This document shows, piece by piece, positions 1-14,239 of a stretch of DNA of 64,000 nt. The stretch covers positions 48,484,001 through 48,548,000 of the forward strand of contig CM114271.1 of assembly GCA_050084515.1 (NCBI GenBank). Direction: 5' to 3'. The stretch is from Blasia pusilla (lineage: Eukaryota). Position numbers and translations under genes: made by a program. The stretch's first letter is position 1. Each line of letters begins with the position of its first letter. The notes below the pieces were generated by a model. The model did not search any database. It had not been told where the DNA came from and was given only the letters and a program-made list of their open reading frames with translations.

Positions 1-3000
1 GTCGATAGAAGTTTGCCAATCCCATGAATGCACGAACTTGACTCACATCTGTAGGGCGTGGAATGCGTGAAATAGCCTCTACCTTTGTCTGTTGCACACC
101 AAGGCCCCCAGGGTATATCGTATGATCCAAGTACTCAATCTGGTCGTAAAAGAACTTGCACTTGCCTGGATGTAGCTTCAACCCATATAACTGCAATCGT
201 CGAAACATCTCCTCTAGTTGTCGCTCATGCTCCTCAACCGTGGCGCTAAAGACTACGATGTCATCAATATAACACCTAGAAAAATCCAGACCTGCCAAGA
301 TCCTATCCATGACTCTCTGAAACTCAGCCGGGGCATTCTTTAACCCGAATGGTAAGAACCGCCACAAGTACAAATAATCCTTCCCGTGAGGATCGATGCC
401 CCAAAATACCGTCTTTTGCCTGTCCTCCAATCTGATAGGCAACTGATGGTATCCGGCTCGCAAATCCAATGAACTGAAGATCTTTGCATGCCCAATCGCA
501 TCAAAGATCTCCTCAAGGATGGGCATGGCATATCTATGCATACTAAATGCAAAACTAAATGCAAAACAGCTCCTATAACTCCTAAGGAACTGGTGTATCC
601 AATGCCCCGCTCTCCTCTTGTCAACTTAGGGCCCATATCTGGCTCCCAAGTCTCAATCGTGACTACGATAGGACTCTCTGACACGGATGTCGGTGGTTGC
701 TATGGTGCAACCCCATCTCGGACAATAGAACTCCCATCTCCACGTGCAGTACCCAGAACCACGCTCGATGTTGTGGCTATCATCTCCTGGCGTACCTACA
801 AAACATCCAAGGGTGTCTCTCCCAATAACCCCTGGTGTGTTGATCTCCTCGAGTCTTGCCCCCAACCACTACCTCAACCGTCTCAATAGGCATGGGGCTC
901 ACCAAAGCAACAACTGTGATTTGTCGCATCCTCAAACGACAATGCTCAGCTACTCCTAAGCTAAAAATCCATGTCAAGCAGTTCAGGTCCATCGCCTAAC
1001 CCAAGACATGATGTCGTGATGCCTCACAGGAGCGATAGTGATGGTATTTCCATCACTCCTGTGGGGAATCCTATCACTTGCTCTCGCTCATCGGCGTTGG
1101 GCTTCACCAACCTCTATATCTGGTCATTCCAAACCAAGCCTGGTTCGGCCTCCTTGAATGCATAGGAAGCAAGAAAACTCACCAATGTGGGAAAGGCGGC
1201 TCGTGGCATGCCAATCCTGTTGACCACAATCAACGGCAGTCCATCATCGTGCCTCACTGCCTGTGATCGACGGCTCGGATCCAATATAGAATCCACCAAC
1301 AAATCGGAGGGACGCTCCACTCTCGCATAAGCCCTCCGCAATACCTCATGTGGTACCAAGTTGGTCCACCAAAGATGCGGGCGATGTGCTCGTGAACCCA
1401 CACTCGCTACATCTAACAACACTGCCAAGCCAATCCATGTGCGCACCTGATGTGTACTCGTCACCACGCAGGACCTCGAATCGCCCAAAATTGGCACAGT
1501 TTCCAAAATGTTTGTTGGAGAACGAGATTGATGCTCCTATAAATGTCTCAAGATCCGCATCATCTCCCTAAATAACCTGGATCGAGTGTCAGCTAACTCG
1601 CTACCTTGTCTAGCACTCGATTGGCCTTGACACGGCCAACCAGCAATGGCCAAGTCTATGGTCCCTACCTGCCCGAGTCTTCCGCCCCCAACAATGAAAT
1701 GTCCCTTGGTAGGGAACTTTGGTAACCTTGAATAGCAGACGCAGACAACAAGTTGGGAAAACATAGGCGTAACAGCGCTACATGGTGAAGTGAAGCGCGC
1801 CTCGCAACATCATCAATCTCCACATACAGGTACTGCTGCACTCGCACTCCAGCATGAAAAACAGCAACTAACCTAGTGCTGATCCCTCCAAAGAGATCCA
1901 ACACTCGAATACCCTTCTCTAGGATGCACCACACAATCGGGGTTATGTCCAAAGGGGTCTTAGCAGCACTCTTGCCTACCTGGGGTTCCTCTAACCCGTC
2001 ACACTATAGTGCAAATATCTCACTCCACGCGGTCTGCACATGCTCAGTGGCTAAGCGTCGAAGCTCCTCAGTCGAGCCCCAAAGCGGCACCTCTCCTCCA
2101 CGAACGGATGCGGCTACCATGACACTCCTCTCCATAGAAATATCAAGAACGGGAGTATCCTTTCCATAGACATGTCCCTCAATCAAATAACTAGGCCAAG
2201 TGATGGCACTACTAAATGCTGCTAAGATCGCCATCTATCCTTGTGGTTGCTCAATCACTCCATCTGTGAATTGAATGGGTAATGAGCTAAGGCGCCCATC
2301 ACCTGACTGCCATCTTGGTCTGTAGGACGCAGACTCCTCCCTGTAATCCAAGGAAAACCCCATCGGATATAACACTACTCCACCAACCAAGACGTCGTAG
2401 GACTCTGCAACAATCACTATCGCCTTGGCTCGCACCACGGACTCATTTGTAGTATGTCCCGGGCGAATCCTCACCACGACCTCCTATCGGGTGATATACT
2501 GTACTCCACCCAAGGATGTCTGTATCCAGAATGGAAAACTCTCAACATCGACTCTCATCAAGCCCAATCCTCTAAATGACGCTTTCCCCAACATCAGGGG
2601 TTGCGCTCCTGAATCCAACAAGACGCGCAGCGGACTAAAAGCTCTTCCTCCGGGACTCACCAACTAGAAGACCTCTCCCTGGTTATCCAGCAACACAACA
2701 CCAAGAGAAACCATGGCACGCTCTATCGCGGGTCTAGCGGGAATCTCCGCCATCCTAGCAATCGCAGCCTGCCATGAATCTGACGTGGACGGCCCGAACA
2801 TCTGCTCAAGGCAGGCCCATCATCTCCTCTACAATCACATCTGAACGTGATGGAGGAACTCCAACTCCACGATCCAGCCAAAAAACCTCCGCGGGCGTAC
2901 CTCCCAACGTCATAACATCGGAGGCTGAAAATAAAGGACCGCGGTACACAACAGTGGCCGCCCCTAACAACGTGCTTGACACATGCCCCTCCTGAGCATC

Positions 3001-4903
3001 AAAAATAGGAGTCATCGAACTTGCTTCTCCCATCGCTCTCCGTGCCTGCACACCAAAAACACCACCTACTCTCCAGGAACTCTGATCAGGACCCATCGAT
3101 GGGGTCCTCATCGCCTCGGACAACGTGAAAGACTAAGGAAGCCTAGTCTGTTTCCTCGCTTCCCCTCGTTGTGGATCCTGCTTTGCGGCTGCTCCACGAG
3201 TCACAACTGCGGCGGCCTCCATTTGGGCAACCCTGCACATCCAACCGAGATCCTCCATGTCTCTGGCTGCTCCATATGATGTCGATGCCACGGATCCGGC
3301 ATCGGATAACCTCAATGCCATAGCGGCAATCTGCTCTTGTAGCTGTTGTATCTGAGAAGCCATCCGAGCTTCATGCCTGGCATCTCCCTTGACGCGTCTA
3401 GGTGGTGGGACTCGACCTCCTCCACGGGCAGCTCCACCACCTTGTCAAGAAACTTCAGCTCCTCGTCCCCCAACAAGACCACCTAGTGCACAACCTCTAG
3501 CCCCACCTGGACCGGCTTTTCGCTCTAGTGCCCTCTCTAGCCCTCCGTCCGGACGTAACTCAAGATGTAAATTGAAACACCTGGCGCGTGTATGACCATA
3601 CCTCTGACAATAGTCACACTAATAACCTCCAGGTGCAGCACCATCTCCTCCTCCATGCTAAGGCACACGTCCATGACCTTGACGAGTGCAATTGCATTGA
3701 TGATGGGCTCCACCACATGACCAATAAGTAATAGTAGGCGGCTGTTGTTGAGCCACATATGAAAGCGTAGGTATCTGTGGCACGGCCTCCCAATATCCTC
3801 CCTGAGCTCGTAGTGCCATACTCGACCTATCTTGGAGTCAACGTTACTGCACAGGTCGTGCAGACAATCATGACTGCTCTTGCCCAAAACCCATGGTGGC
3901 TACGCTCTCCTCCACCATGTTGCGCTCAATGTTCTGTACTGTCCTAAAAACATCTCTCAAAGTAGGAGAGGTGTTCATAAGAAGCACCTCCTCCCGCATC
4001 CATGTCCGCAGGGTCTGATCCAACATCGCGTACCATGACTGGATAGCCTGAGCCTCCGTCATCCCGTGAGTGACATTGATCAACCGGCGCAAGCGAGTGT
4101 AAGCCTCAGACAAACTCTCACTCGGGCGCCTCTAGAACTCATGGATGCTCCGCAACTTCTCCATCCGTACCCCCTGGTAGCTCGCCCTCAACTCAACAAA
4201 GAACTCAACCATGGGGTTGAACCTGGGACGAACCCGACTAGATGGTGCATCTGCTCCAGTGCGAGTGACCCCTCCTAAAACATCACTAGTGGAAGAGGAA
4301 GTAGCCTCTCATGACTCCTCCTCCTCCTCATGTGGGATGAGGAGGAGGAGTCATAGTAGAGTCGCCATGCCTCAATCTCCTGGGCATATCTGTGGGAGAA
4401 CTCATGGTAATCGTCCATGGGCGCCCCTTCTAAATGCTGGAACATACCGTTCCATGTTGTAAAGGGCTTGAACTCTCTAGAGTTCCTAGCCCACTGTGAG
4501 TCACACCAACTCCTAAACTCCGCAATGAAGTCGTGTAGCTCTATAGTGCCTACAGCACCCAAAAATCTAGGCGGTCCTCTATCCCGGTCATCCATCTCGT
4601 ATGCCCAACTGGTAGGACCACTCAATGTGTATGGTGGATCACTAACACACTCCTCTACATGCTCACTCTCGTCTGAAGACAACACAGAAGGAGATCGAGG
4701 TGGTCTCTCACGTGGAGACCCTCGAAACCTCGCACTACTCCGGGTAAACCCTCCAGAACTACTCTGAGGTCCACTACCTCGCCTCTCCAAATCCCGAAAG
4801 GACGCCGTGATGGCCCTCGTGCCCCTCTCACATGATCACTCTTAATCTCGGGAGTAATCTCTCAATCACCCAAACTAAACATGTGGCACTCAATCTACAC
4901 TCT
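1..4903 (-). mobile_element. Decayed Ty3/Gypsy-type retrotransposon: gag - zinc knuckle - protease - DNMT3-like MTase - RT (runs off window start)
   Basis: Minus-strand frames show gag (FLGAVGTIELHDF, 4275-4790 and 3868-4113), a zinc knuckle CDYCQRYGHTRARC (~3575-3625), protease RVLLDSGAQPLMLG (~2590-2630) and RT motifs LDLRAGYHQ, LPFGLKNAPAEFQ and YIDD (~250-480). Many stops and frameshifts; the 5' end is cut by a solo LTR. Confidence 0.9.
960..1920 (-). pseudogene. C5-cytosine DNA methyltransferase catalytic domain (DNMT3-like) inside the Gypsy pol region
   Basis: Motifs appear in canonical order: I VLDLFGGIS, II YVEIDD, III PRDISLLG, IV IDLAIAGWPCQG (catalytic PC, ~1624-1644), VI ILETV (ENV-like), VIII LLDVASVGSRAHRPHLWWTNL, IX EREQVIGFP, X VLG*AMD. 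There is a frameshift near 1670-1760 and an in-frame TAG at 1537-1539. Confidence 0.88.
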
Positions 4904-6196
4904 TGTGATATCCACAATTTTGTACTTTTGAAGAAATATATCTTTTTATTCAACGAAGACTTGTATATACATTATGATTTGGTTATTATATATTATCATA
5001 GGGAGGAATGAGTAAGATTAAAGTGAATCACAAAGCTCCAAGGACAAGGCAGAGAGATAGAAAATCAAGGATTTGCCTAAGAGGAGAGGAGACTAAAATA
5101 ACGACGTCTCAAGACCCAGCAAGAAGCTTCGGAACGACAACGAAGCATAACGAAGCTCAACAAAGCTCTGTCTATGAAGTGCTTCGCTCTATAATGAAGC
5201 ATAATGAAGCAGGAAGAATAAGAGAAAGAAGTACTTCGATCTTATACAAAGCACGAAGAACAAAGCACCTGGAACAAGAACCAAGACTGGAGCGCTTCGT
5301 CTTCAGATCAGGAGAAACAGCTTCGTGCTCAAGCGAAGAAAAAGAGGTCCAGACTTAGCAGCGAAGCGAAGCTAAGACTGACAATGATTTCAAGGGACAC
5401 ATAGTTAGAATAGTTAGAATAGGAAGAGACGCAACCCTTTGTATCAAATTGGTAGTTATGACAGTTTTGTTCTGCAGATTCATAGGGATCATAGGAAAAG
5501 CAAAGAGCACCATAGATCTAGGTAGTTACAAAAGTTGAAGAGCCACCAGCTTCATCAAAATCGCTTCGAATCTTTGGATCACTCCTCCTTCAGAGAGTAT
5601 TTAAGAAGCATAGAAGTAGCTATCATTATCATTCTCTTACGAAGTCCTTATGCTGTAGGAATGGTCCGAGCAAGGGAGTAGTACCCTCTCAAGCTTGTAT
5701 ACACTTTGAAGCTTTCTCATTCTTGATGGAGTAGTAAAGCAATCATTCCTTCATTCTAATGTGCGATGTTTATGTTTGAGTATTCTTATTGGGTCTGTAG
5801 AGTGAGGAGTGAATCACGCGAACCTTTCTTATCAATGAAATAATCAACATAAAGTTGTAGGAAATCTGTTTGACAGAGAGTAGCCTACCGAGACGCATTG
5901 AGTTCTGAAAGTAGGAGAAGTCAGCTTTCATGTTGAGGTCTCTGTGAGGTTTCTTGATATCGAGAGGAAATCTACCTGAGCGTGTTGTCAACTCCACTAG
6001 AGAGAATTCAGAAAAGAAACTTTGGTACTAAGAAAGATCCGAAGATATTGATAAGACATTGAATATAAATCATACACATTTAAATACAACTATTACAACA
6101 GAATTGTAATTTCGAACTCTCTTTTCATCAAACAATAATCCTCTTGAGGATCGAACTTATCTAACGATTGTAAAATAGAAACTCTTGTACATTACA
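4904..6196. mobile_element. Solo LTR (TG...CA), same family as 45275-46491; flanks do not form a TSD
   Basis: Starts TGTGATATCCAC and ends CTTGTACATTACA. Colinear along its whole length with 45275-46491. Flanks are ACTCT and ATAAG. Confidence 0.8.
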
Positions 6197-6242
6197 ATAA
6201 GTAAGGTAATTGCAAAAGGATATCCGGTAGTTAGAATAGACT

Positions 6243-7225
<983 letters not shown>

Positions 7226-7310
7226 ACTTCTCATTTCGGGTATTTGTGGTTGAATACAACACTTTTAGAGACAAAGGTTGTGATATTCCTTATCTCATGT
7301 ATTTGTGTTG

Positions 7311-7780
7311 GAAGAACATTAATGGAGTGATGTATTTTTTTTTAAACAATTATTAAAATTCTCCGAGACTCATTGGTGAGTTTAGAAATATGTTTTAATC
7401 TAAACCCATTCAAGCAATATTATTGGAATACCTTCCGATAATACCCTAAACACTTTAACATACAAAAATACGTTCGTTCTAATGGAGTAATTCATACTAA
7501 TGGACTATTCCTAGAATGCCTTCCAAGAATCCCCTCAATTCATCAAGAAGCATTTGAGCCTCCAGTATTTTTACGTTAGAAGAACATTAATGGAGTCACC
7601 TTTTTTTAAAGCTATTCATTGATTATAATTCTTTGGGACTCTATTTTAATCTAGACCCATTCAAGGAATATTTCTAGAAGGCCTTGTGGTAATACCCTAA
7701 ATGATTTAATACTCAAGTGTGTTCATTCTAATTCATACTAATGGACTATTGCTCGAATGCAACAAAAAGCATTCAAGCCA
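7311..7780. repeat. Diverged tandem duplication, unit ~270 bp
   Basis: GAAGAACATTAATGGAGT, TAATACCCTAAA and TAATTCATACTAATGGACTATT each occur twice (units start ~7311 and ~7580). Confidence 0.7.
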
Positions 7781-7799
7781 TGAGTACAACTCTCTTTGA

Positions 7800-8600
7800 T
7801 CAAATGGTTTCTATTAAAAAATGAGGAGTCTCTATGGTACCTTACACTTTTATGAAGTGTTTAAAATTATCTCAAGCTACAAAACAAGTCAAGAAAATTC
7901 ACTCACATGAAGGCTAGGAGTACTTGAACAATGATTTCTTTCCCTTTTGCGAAGAAAATATATCTTAGTTGATGTCACAGTACGAGAAACCCCCTCTTAG
8001 TATAGAGTAGTAGAGAGACCTGACAAACCTTTATTAGAGATGGGATTGACCATGCTACAACAAGAAAATTCAAAGAAAAGCTTCTTGGGAGTGCAATCAC
8101 GACCACAAGCTTTTTGAGGCATGTAAGTCTTACTTGTGCTTTGAATGGGATGGCTCTAGAAGAATGTTGGAGTGGTAAAAAACCAGATATCTCCCATCTC
8201 ACAGTATTTGATTTTCTAGTTCATGTATATATCCAAAAGGACCAAAGATCATAATTTGGTAAGAAGGCTGAAAACATCATATTTTTGGATATGAGATTGG
8301 CTTGAAGGGATATATTATCCAAAGATTGTACATACTCTCACAAGTATGGGATGTGCAATTTGATGAAACTTGGGAAGGAGATTGAAAGAAAATTTCTGGA
8401 GTAGAGGGGAATTAACATCATTTCCTCAAGTTACTTTTTGTGCAAGGATACCGATGGCTAACCTAGAAAGAGGTATAGATCAACTTTGATGACCATCTAT
8501 GAGAGAAATTCATTCAGAAAATCCAAGGGTGATTGGTTTCACGGATGCTAGTTGGGGGGATGATCACATAGAGGATTGCAACAATATACCAAGGTGCTCA
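7800..8600 (+). mobile_element. Highly degenerate Ty1/Copia integrase remnant
   Basis: Translated fragments LNGMALEECWSGKKPDISHLTVF and K*FGKKAENIIF resemble the Copia post-integrase region. Confidence 0.6.
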
Positions 8601-8986
8601 CAATGTACTTAGTACAATTAGTATTAATTTTTTTGTGGCATGTTCTATTCTTAGGAAAGCATAATTTGGGCCTTGCATTCGAGCCTTTCGTAATCATGTG
8701 AGACTAGAAATATATTACTTGCCACAGAGATGAAGCGATATAGTGTGGTGCAGTGGAGTTTGAACAATTTTTTTCCTCAATGGTCATTGCCTCTATATTG
8801 TAAGTGCGAGCTATATTCTATCTCTACGATAGCATAGGCATAGCCCTCTTTCATGTTCTTTTTCACAATGTAGTGAATCTCAAAAGTTGATAGAGATCTT
8901 TCTAATTGACAAGCTGGAGCAATTTTACTCTAAGCAAGAAGTTTGTAACCTTATACTTTTTTTTCTACTAGTGTCCTTAATCTATA

Positions 8987-9016
8987 CTAGTAAGGTGCCC
9001 ATGCGATGCACCGGAT
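8987..9016 (-). mobile_element. Helitron-like 3' terminus (hairpin + CTAG) on the minus strand
   Basis: The reverse complement reads CCGGTGCATCGCATGGGCACCTTACTAG|T, matching the plus-strand end at 58838-58864. The extent of the element was not determined. Confidence 0.5.
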
Positions 9017-10467
9017 ATAGAAAAGTGTTTAAGAGCTAGTGTATAGCGCTAGCCCGTGAAGCGAAGAGATTAATGATGTTGCACATAAATTGAAAAAAAA
9101 ATTCTTGTTGCCCATAGCATGTAAAATATTTTCTTGCAGTTCAGTTGCCACGTGTCAAGCAGAGAGATGTTTGCAAACCAAGAAGGCACTCTTCCATAAT
9201 AATACAGATGCCTTCTTATGTTCCTTATCTTTGATAAAGAAGAGAGGTCAATGTGATGTCATATTCTTAAAGTATCCTCCATGTGAGAAAGACATTTGAT
9301 CATGAGTGAGGAATAATGTAATTTTGAATGGTCATGGTGACAATTTATAAGGGTCTCTTATATTTTCCATTTCCATCTACGATATCCATTATCTCTCAAA
9401 CTGTGACATGAAAAATTTATTTTTTAGAGATTTCTCTTGTTTGGAAATTTTGACATCATTTTAAAGGATTGAATTTCTCAACAATTAGTGATGTGGGACC
9501 AAATGGAGTGATAATTCATTATTGTGCCAAGTCTGATGCTTGTGTAGAAATGAAAGCTAATAGTACATACCTATGTGATTATAGAGGTCAGGTATGTAGT
9601 GTTATGACATGAGGGATGAGTCTCTCCCTCTCTCCCTTGAATTTTCCCGCCAATTAAGGCTTAATATAGCTTACTTTAGTTCTTTCCGTCTTGATTATAC
9701 TTGGTGTATGATCTTTTCCCCTATTCTTTATAATCTTTCACCCTTGTTTCACTTAATTAACCCTTGCTCTATCTTCCTCCAATATTTGTGGAAAATACAT
9801 TATATGTTTCCTATGCTTGCAAAATTATAACTTTCATTTATCCATGTCTCTTCTTTTAACTTTGTTCTCAAAGGTAAGTCATGAGTTATGAATATATCAA
9901 AATGATGTTTATGGGAACATTCCATGAGATCTAAAAATTTATCTATTTTGTGAGTTTTTCATAGAACGGAATATGTTTCATGTACTTTGTAATTGTTGTG
10001 CATCTTGTGCCATGCAGGATTTTTTTTTTCTAGTAGATGTACTAAGTGTTCTTGATTCCTATCTCTTCCCTCTAGAGCTTGGACTTGCCTCCTCTTCCAC
10101 TTCTCTTTTACACTCGCTTTCAGAGAACAATACTCTTTCTACCATTCGATGTGGAAAGTTGTATTTAAACAACTCTTCAGTAGTGAAGTAATTATACTTA
10201 CACAATCGATCCATTTTTCCTAAATAGAAACTTTTATCCACACAAGGTATTAGTTTGCTATTAAATAGCCATTGACACAATCGGGGATTCTTGCTGCTTA
10301 TCATGGCATTTTGTCTCCATGAGGACCATCCAAAGTTTGCAACACCAACTAACATGATTATGGGTGCCACAAATTTGTCACTCTTATGATTGGCCATTCC
10401 CCATACTCGGTGAATAAATTGACATGCCAACCAAGAGAACAACAATCTCTTAACTTTGGGAGGGTTA

Positions 10468-10720
10468 ACAAGGTATAAACATAACAATTTTGTTTTTTCT
10501 TGCCCTACTCATACAATTGTAGTCTTGGATATTTCCCTTCTTTCATTTAAAAAAATCCTCTCTCAAAACATAATTCTTATTTGACCTGGATTCCATACCA
10601 AAGCCACATAAATGGGAGCAAGGTATAAATATAACAATTTTGTTTTGTTCTTGCCCCACTCATACAATTGTGGTCTTGGATATTTCCCTTCTTTCATTTA
10701 AAAAAATCATCTCTCAAAAA
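10468..10720. repeat. Direct repeat of ~100 bp, spaced ~150 bp
   Basis: CAAGGTATAAA...CTCTCAAAA occurs at ~10468-10570 and again at ~10618-10720. Confidence 0.75.
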
Positions 10721-10866
10721 ATTATGATATTTAAAAAAAAATCCCAATTAATTCTTTCTAAAAAATTAATTCCCTAAAATTTTGAAAGTATAAAATTTTG
10801 ACCAATAATGGATAAGGAAATTCCATTTCAAAATAAAGATTATGAAATCAAAAAACTTTCATAATC

Positions 10867-13800
10867 TTACACTCAATATAACGTCATTCAATCAACTATG
10901 AACCAATACCACACACAATTTCAAGGTGGTGATGGTGGACGGTTGGGGTCAAGATCAGCAGCAGAGGGTCCTTGGATCTTGCAATTACTATGGGATAAAG
11001 GATCACTATGCAAAGTTTTGCTTGAAGAAGAAGGCAGATATGAGAACAAGAGCCTTACAACAACAAAACTATGTGGAGCAACAACACCAAGAGCACTACC
11101 AAGAACAACAATATTAAAAAACGGAGCATTTCTTGATCATGACTCATCATATGAGAGCAATGGTCAAGAAAGACTCGACAACAGATTGATACATTGACTC
11201 TGGTGCATCAAATCACATGATCTCACAAGCTAAATGCTTTAGTAGTTTGGAGCCGGTGAAAGATCCTGCAATTGTGCTCACAGAAGATGACACTCAACAT
11301 CATATCACGCATACCGGTAAAATTCCAATAGCATTAGATAGTCTTTGTGCTCTTGGAAATGTTCTCTATGTTCCTACCATTGCAAGAAATATGATCTCTG
11401 TAGGACAAATAGTAGAACAAGGTTATCAACTAAAGTTTAACGCAGATGGTTGTTTCATTAAAACAATGGATGACCAGACTACGATAGCCAAAGGAACTAG
11501 ATCTAGTAGAATATTCAAATTAGATATTTCTATGCCAGAGATTCAAACAATAATGTATGGTCAAATCGGCCAACAAGTCACAGATCTAAATGTGTGGCAT
11601 AAAAGAATTGGACATATGAATCTTCAAATATTACAGAGTCTTTCATCATATAATATAATAATAAGACTTCTTAAATTAGCGAGTCTTGCTACGTTAGAGG
11701 TTTTCCTACTTGCCAATTTGGAAAATAAGCTAGATTTATTTTTCCAAAGCAAGGTAGAAGAGCATCCAAGATATTGGAGTTGATCCACAGTGATGTGTGG
11801 ACACCATCACAACATAGCCTTAGTGGTTTTCAATACTTTGTTTCATTTATTGATGACTTCTCTAGATATATATGGGTTTACTTTCTGAAAGCCAAGTTAG
11901 AGGTATTCTCAGTGTTCCAAACATTGAAAGTTCTAGTAGAGAAGTAGACTGAAGAACATATTTTGAAATAGCGTTGTGATGGAGGAGGAGAGTATCTTTC
12001 AACAGTGTTTGATGACTATTTACGTCAGAATGGCATCCAAAGTCAAGTGACTTGCCGTTACACTCCACAAGAAAATGGAGTGGCTAAGAGAAAGAATCGA
12101 CATATTGCTGAAGCGGCACGAACTATGCTGAATAAGAAGAACATGCCTAAGGTGTATTGGGCATAGGCAATAACATGTCTAGTCTTCTTAATCAACCGAA
12201 CTCCAACAGCAAGAGTTCATGATAAAACTCCATTCGAAGTCTTCATAGGAAGTAAACCTGATTTTTCCTTTTTGAAAGTGTTTGGCTGTATTTGTTATGC
12301 TCATGTTCCTTCTGACAGATGTCAGAAATTAGACCCCAAGTCTGAAAGATGTATCTTCATTGGCTATGCTGATGGAACCAAGGGATATAAGCGCTACATT
12401 CCATCTTCTAGGCAGCTTATTATTAGTCGAGAGGTTATCTTTGATAAGCTAAAGTCATGGTATGCTCCATCTGAGCCTATTCCACCTCTAAAATCGTTTG
12501 TTGAGGGGGAGAATATGACTATAAACCAACAGACATTGTCTTCAACTTCCCCAAGTACTAGTGCACGATTAGGAGAGGTCTTAGATTCATCACTTAAATT
12601 TGTGAGTCCATGGAGAGGAAGAGTACGTATTCAGTCTGTTGACACAAGTCAGAGCTCGAGTCACGTGTTAGAGGCATCTACCTCTAAACAAAAACTTTGT
12701 AGATCAAGTAGAGTTACACATCCAATTCATAGATTCATAAATGAAGGTTTCCTTGCAACACATCATGGATATATGATGACTATCCTTCAAGAACACGAGC
12801 CAAGTTGTTTTGAAGAAGTTGCAAGTAAAGTCGAATGGATTGAAGCTATGGAGGAAGAGCTTGCTGCATTAAGACATCAACAGACATGGGAGCTGGTTGA
12901 TATACCTTCTAGTAAGGAAGCTATTGGTTGCAAATGGGTTTACAAAATCAATCGCAATCAAGATGGTATAATTAACAGATACAAAGTGATATTGGTGGCT
13001 AAGGGTTGTGCACAACAATATGGCATCGATTATGAGGAAATATTTAGCCCTCTTGCAAAGATGGCGACTACGAGAACAGTGGTTGCAGTTGTAGTAAGTA
13101 AGAAGTGGAGATTACATCACGTGGACGTGCGTCAAGAATGCCTTCTTGAATGGAGATCTATACGAGAAGGTATATATGACTTGGTATGGCAAGATTACAT
13201 TCATCCTACAAGAATGGGGTTTTAGGATATGTGATTCTGACTCCTCGTTATATGTCTTGAGAGGGCAAAATCATACGGTTCTCATTGTGTTATATGTTGA
13301 CGATCTCCTGATTACTTGGAGTACTGAAGAAATGGTATAACAAGTCAAGCTTAAGTTACAAACAGAATTTGATATGAAGGACTTTGAAGAACTCAAATAC
13401 TTCCTTGGTATAGAGTTTATCAAGGTTGGAGAGAGCATGTGGTTACTACAACAACAATATGCTATTTATATGCTTTCAAAATATGGTATGACGGCTTGTA
13501 AGCCAATCGCTATACCATGAACCAAAGTGTGAAGCTAAGAGTGGATGAAGGAGAGTTTATTGCAGATTCTAATATGTACAGGCGCATGGTTGGAAGTTTG
13601 ATCTACCTAACTATAACCTGACTAGATTTGAACTATGTTGTTGGCCTAGTGAGCCAGTTTATGCAAGTACCTCGAAAACCTCACCTTGATGCCGTAAGGA
13701 GGATTATGCGGTATGTGAAATTCTCTATTCAATTCGGGCTTCAATTTGAACCTTCTCCGAGTTTTCAATTACAGGGATTCACATATGCTGATTGGGTAGG

Positions 13801-14100
13801 AAGCGTGTCTGATCGACACCCCACATCTGGTTATTCATTTACCTTGGGAAGCGTAGCTATAAGTTGAGTTTCAAAGAAGGAACCTACAGTTGCTTTATCC
13901 TCAACAGAGGCTGAGTACAGAGCAACCAATGCAGCATGTGAGGCGGTGTGGCTTCATCGATTACTTGTTGAGATTGGTGTTAGTAACTTAGGACCTTGCG
14001 TAATATATACAGACAATATTATTAGTATCAAGCTTGCTAATAACCCTGTGTTTCATGCTGTACAAAGCATGTTGAGGTGCACTATCATTTTATCCACTTT
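10867..14100 (+). mobile_element. Truncated Ty1/Copia element (end of gag, PR, INT, RT, RNase H; no LTRs), same family as 17741-23003
   Basis: Zinc knuckle CNYYGIKDHYAKFC, PR IDSGASNHM, WHKRIGHMN, INT FIDDFSRY, RT IGCKWVYK and LYVDDLL, RNase H YADW. There is an internal deletion near 13178. Colinear, in inverted orientation, with the full-length copy. Confidence 0.92.
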
Positions 14101-14239
14101 TATGTTCCCCTTTTTTATTTTTATCTTAGTATTTTCAAATTTTACTTTATTTATTTTAATTTTTAGATATGCATTTAAAAACTTGCATCATGGACATCTC
14201 ATTAGTCTTTATTCTACAATATATAGTCATTATACATCC

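Noticed and set aside
10059-10487. 142-aa minus-strand ORF
   Set aside because: No recognisable domain; it lies in repeat-like AT-rich DNA.
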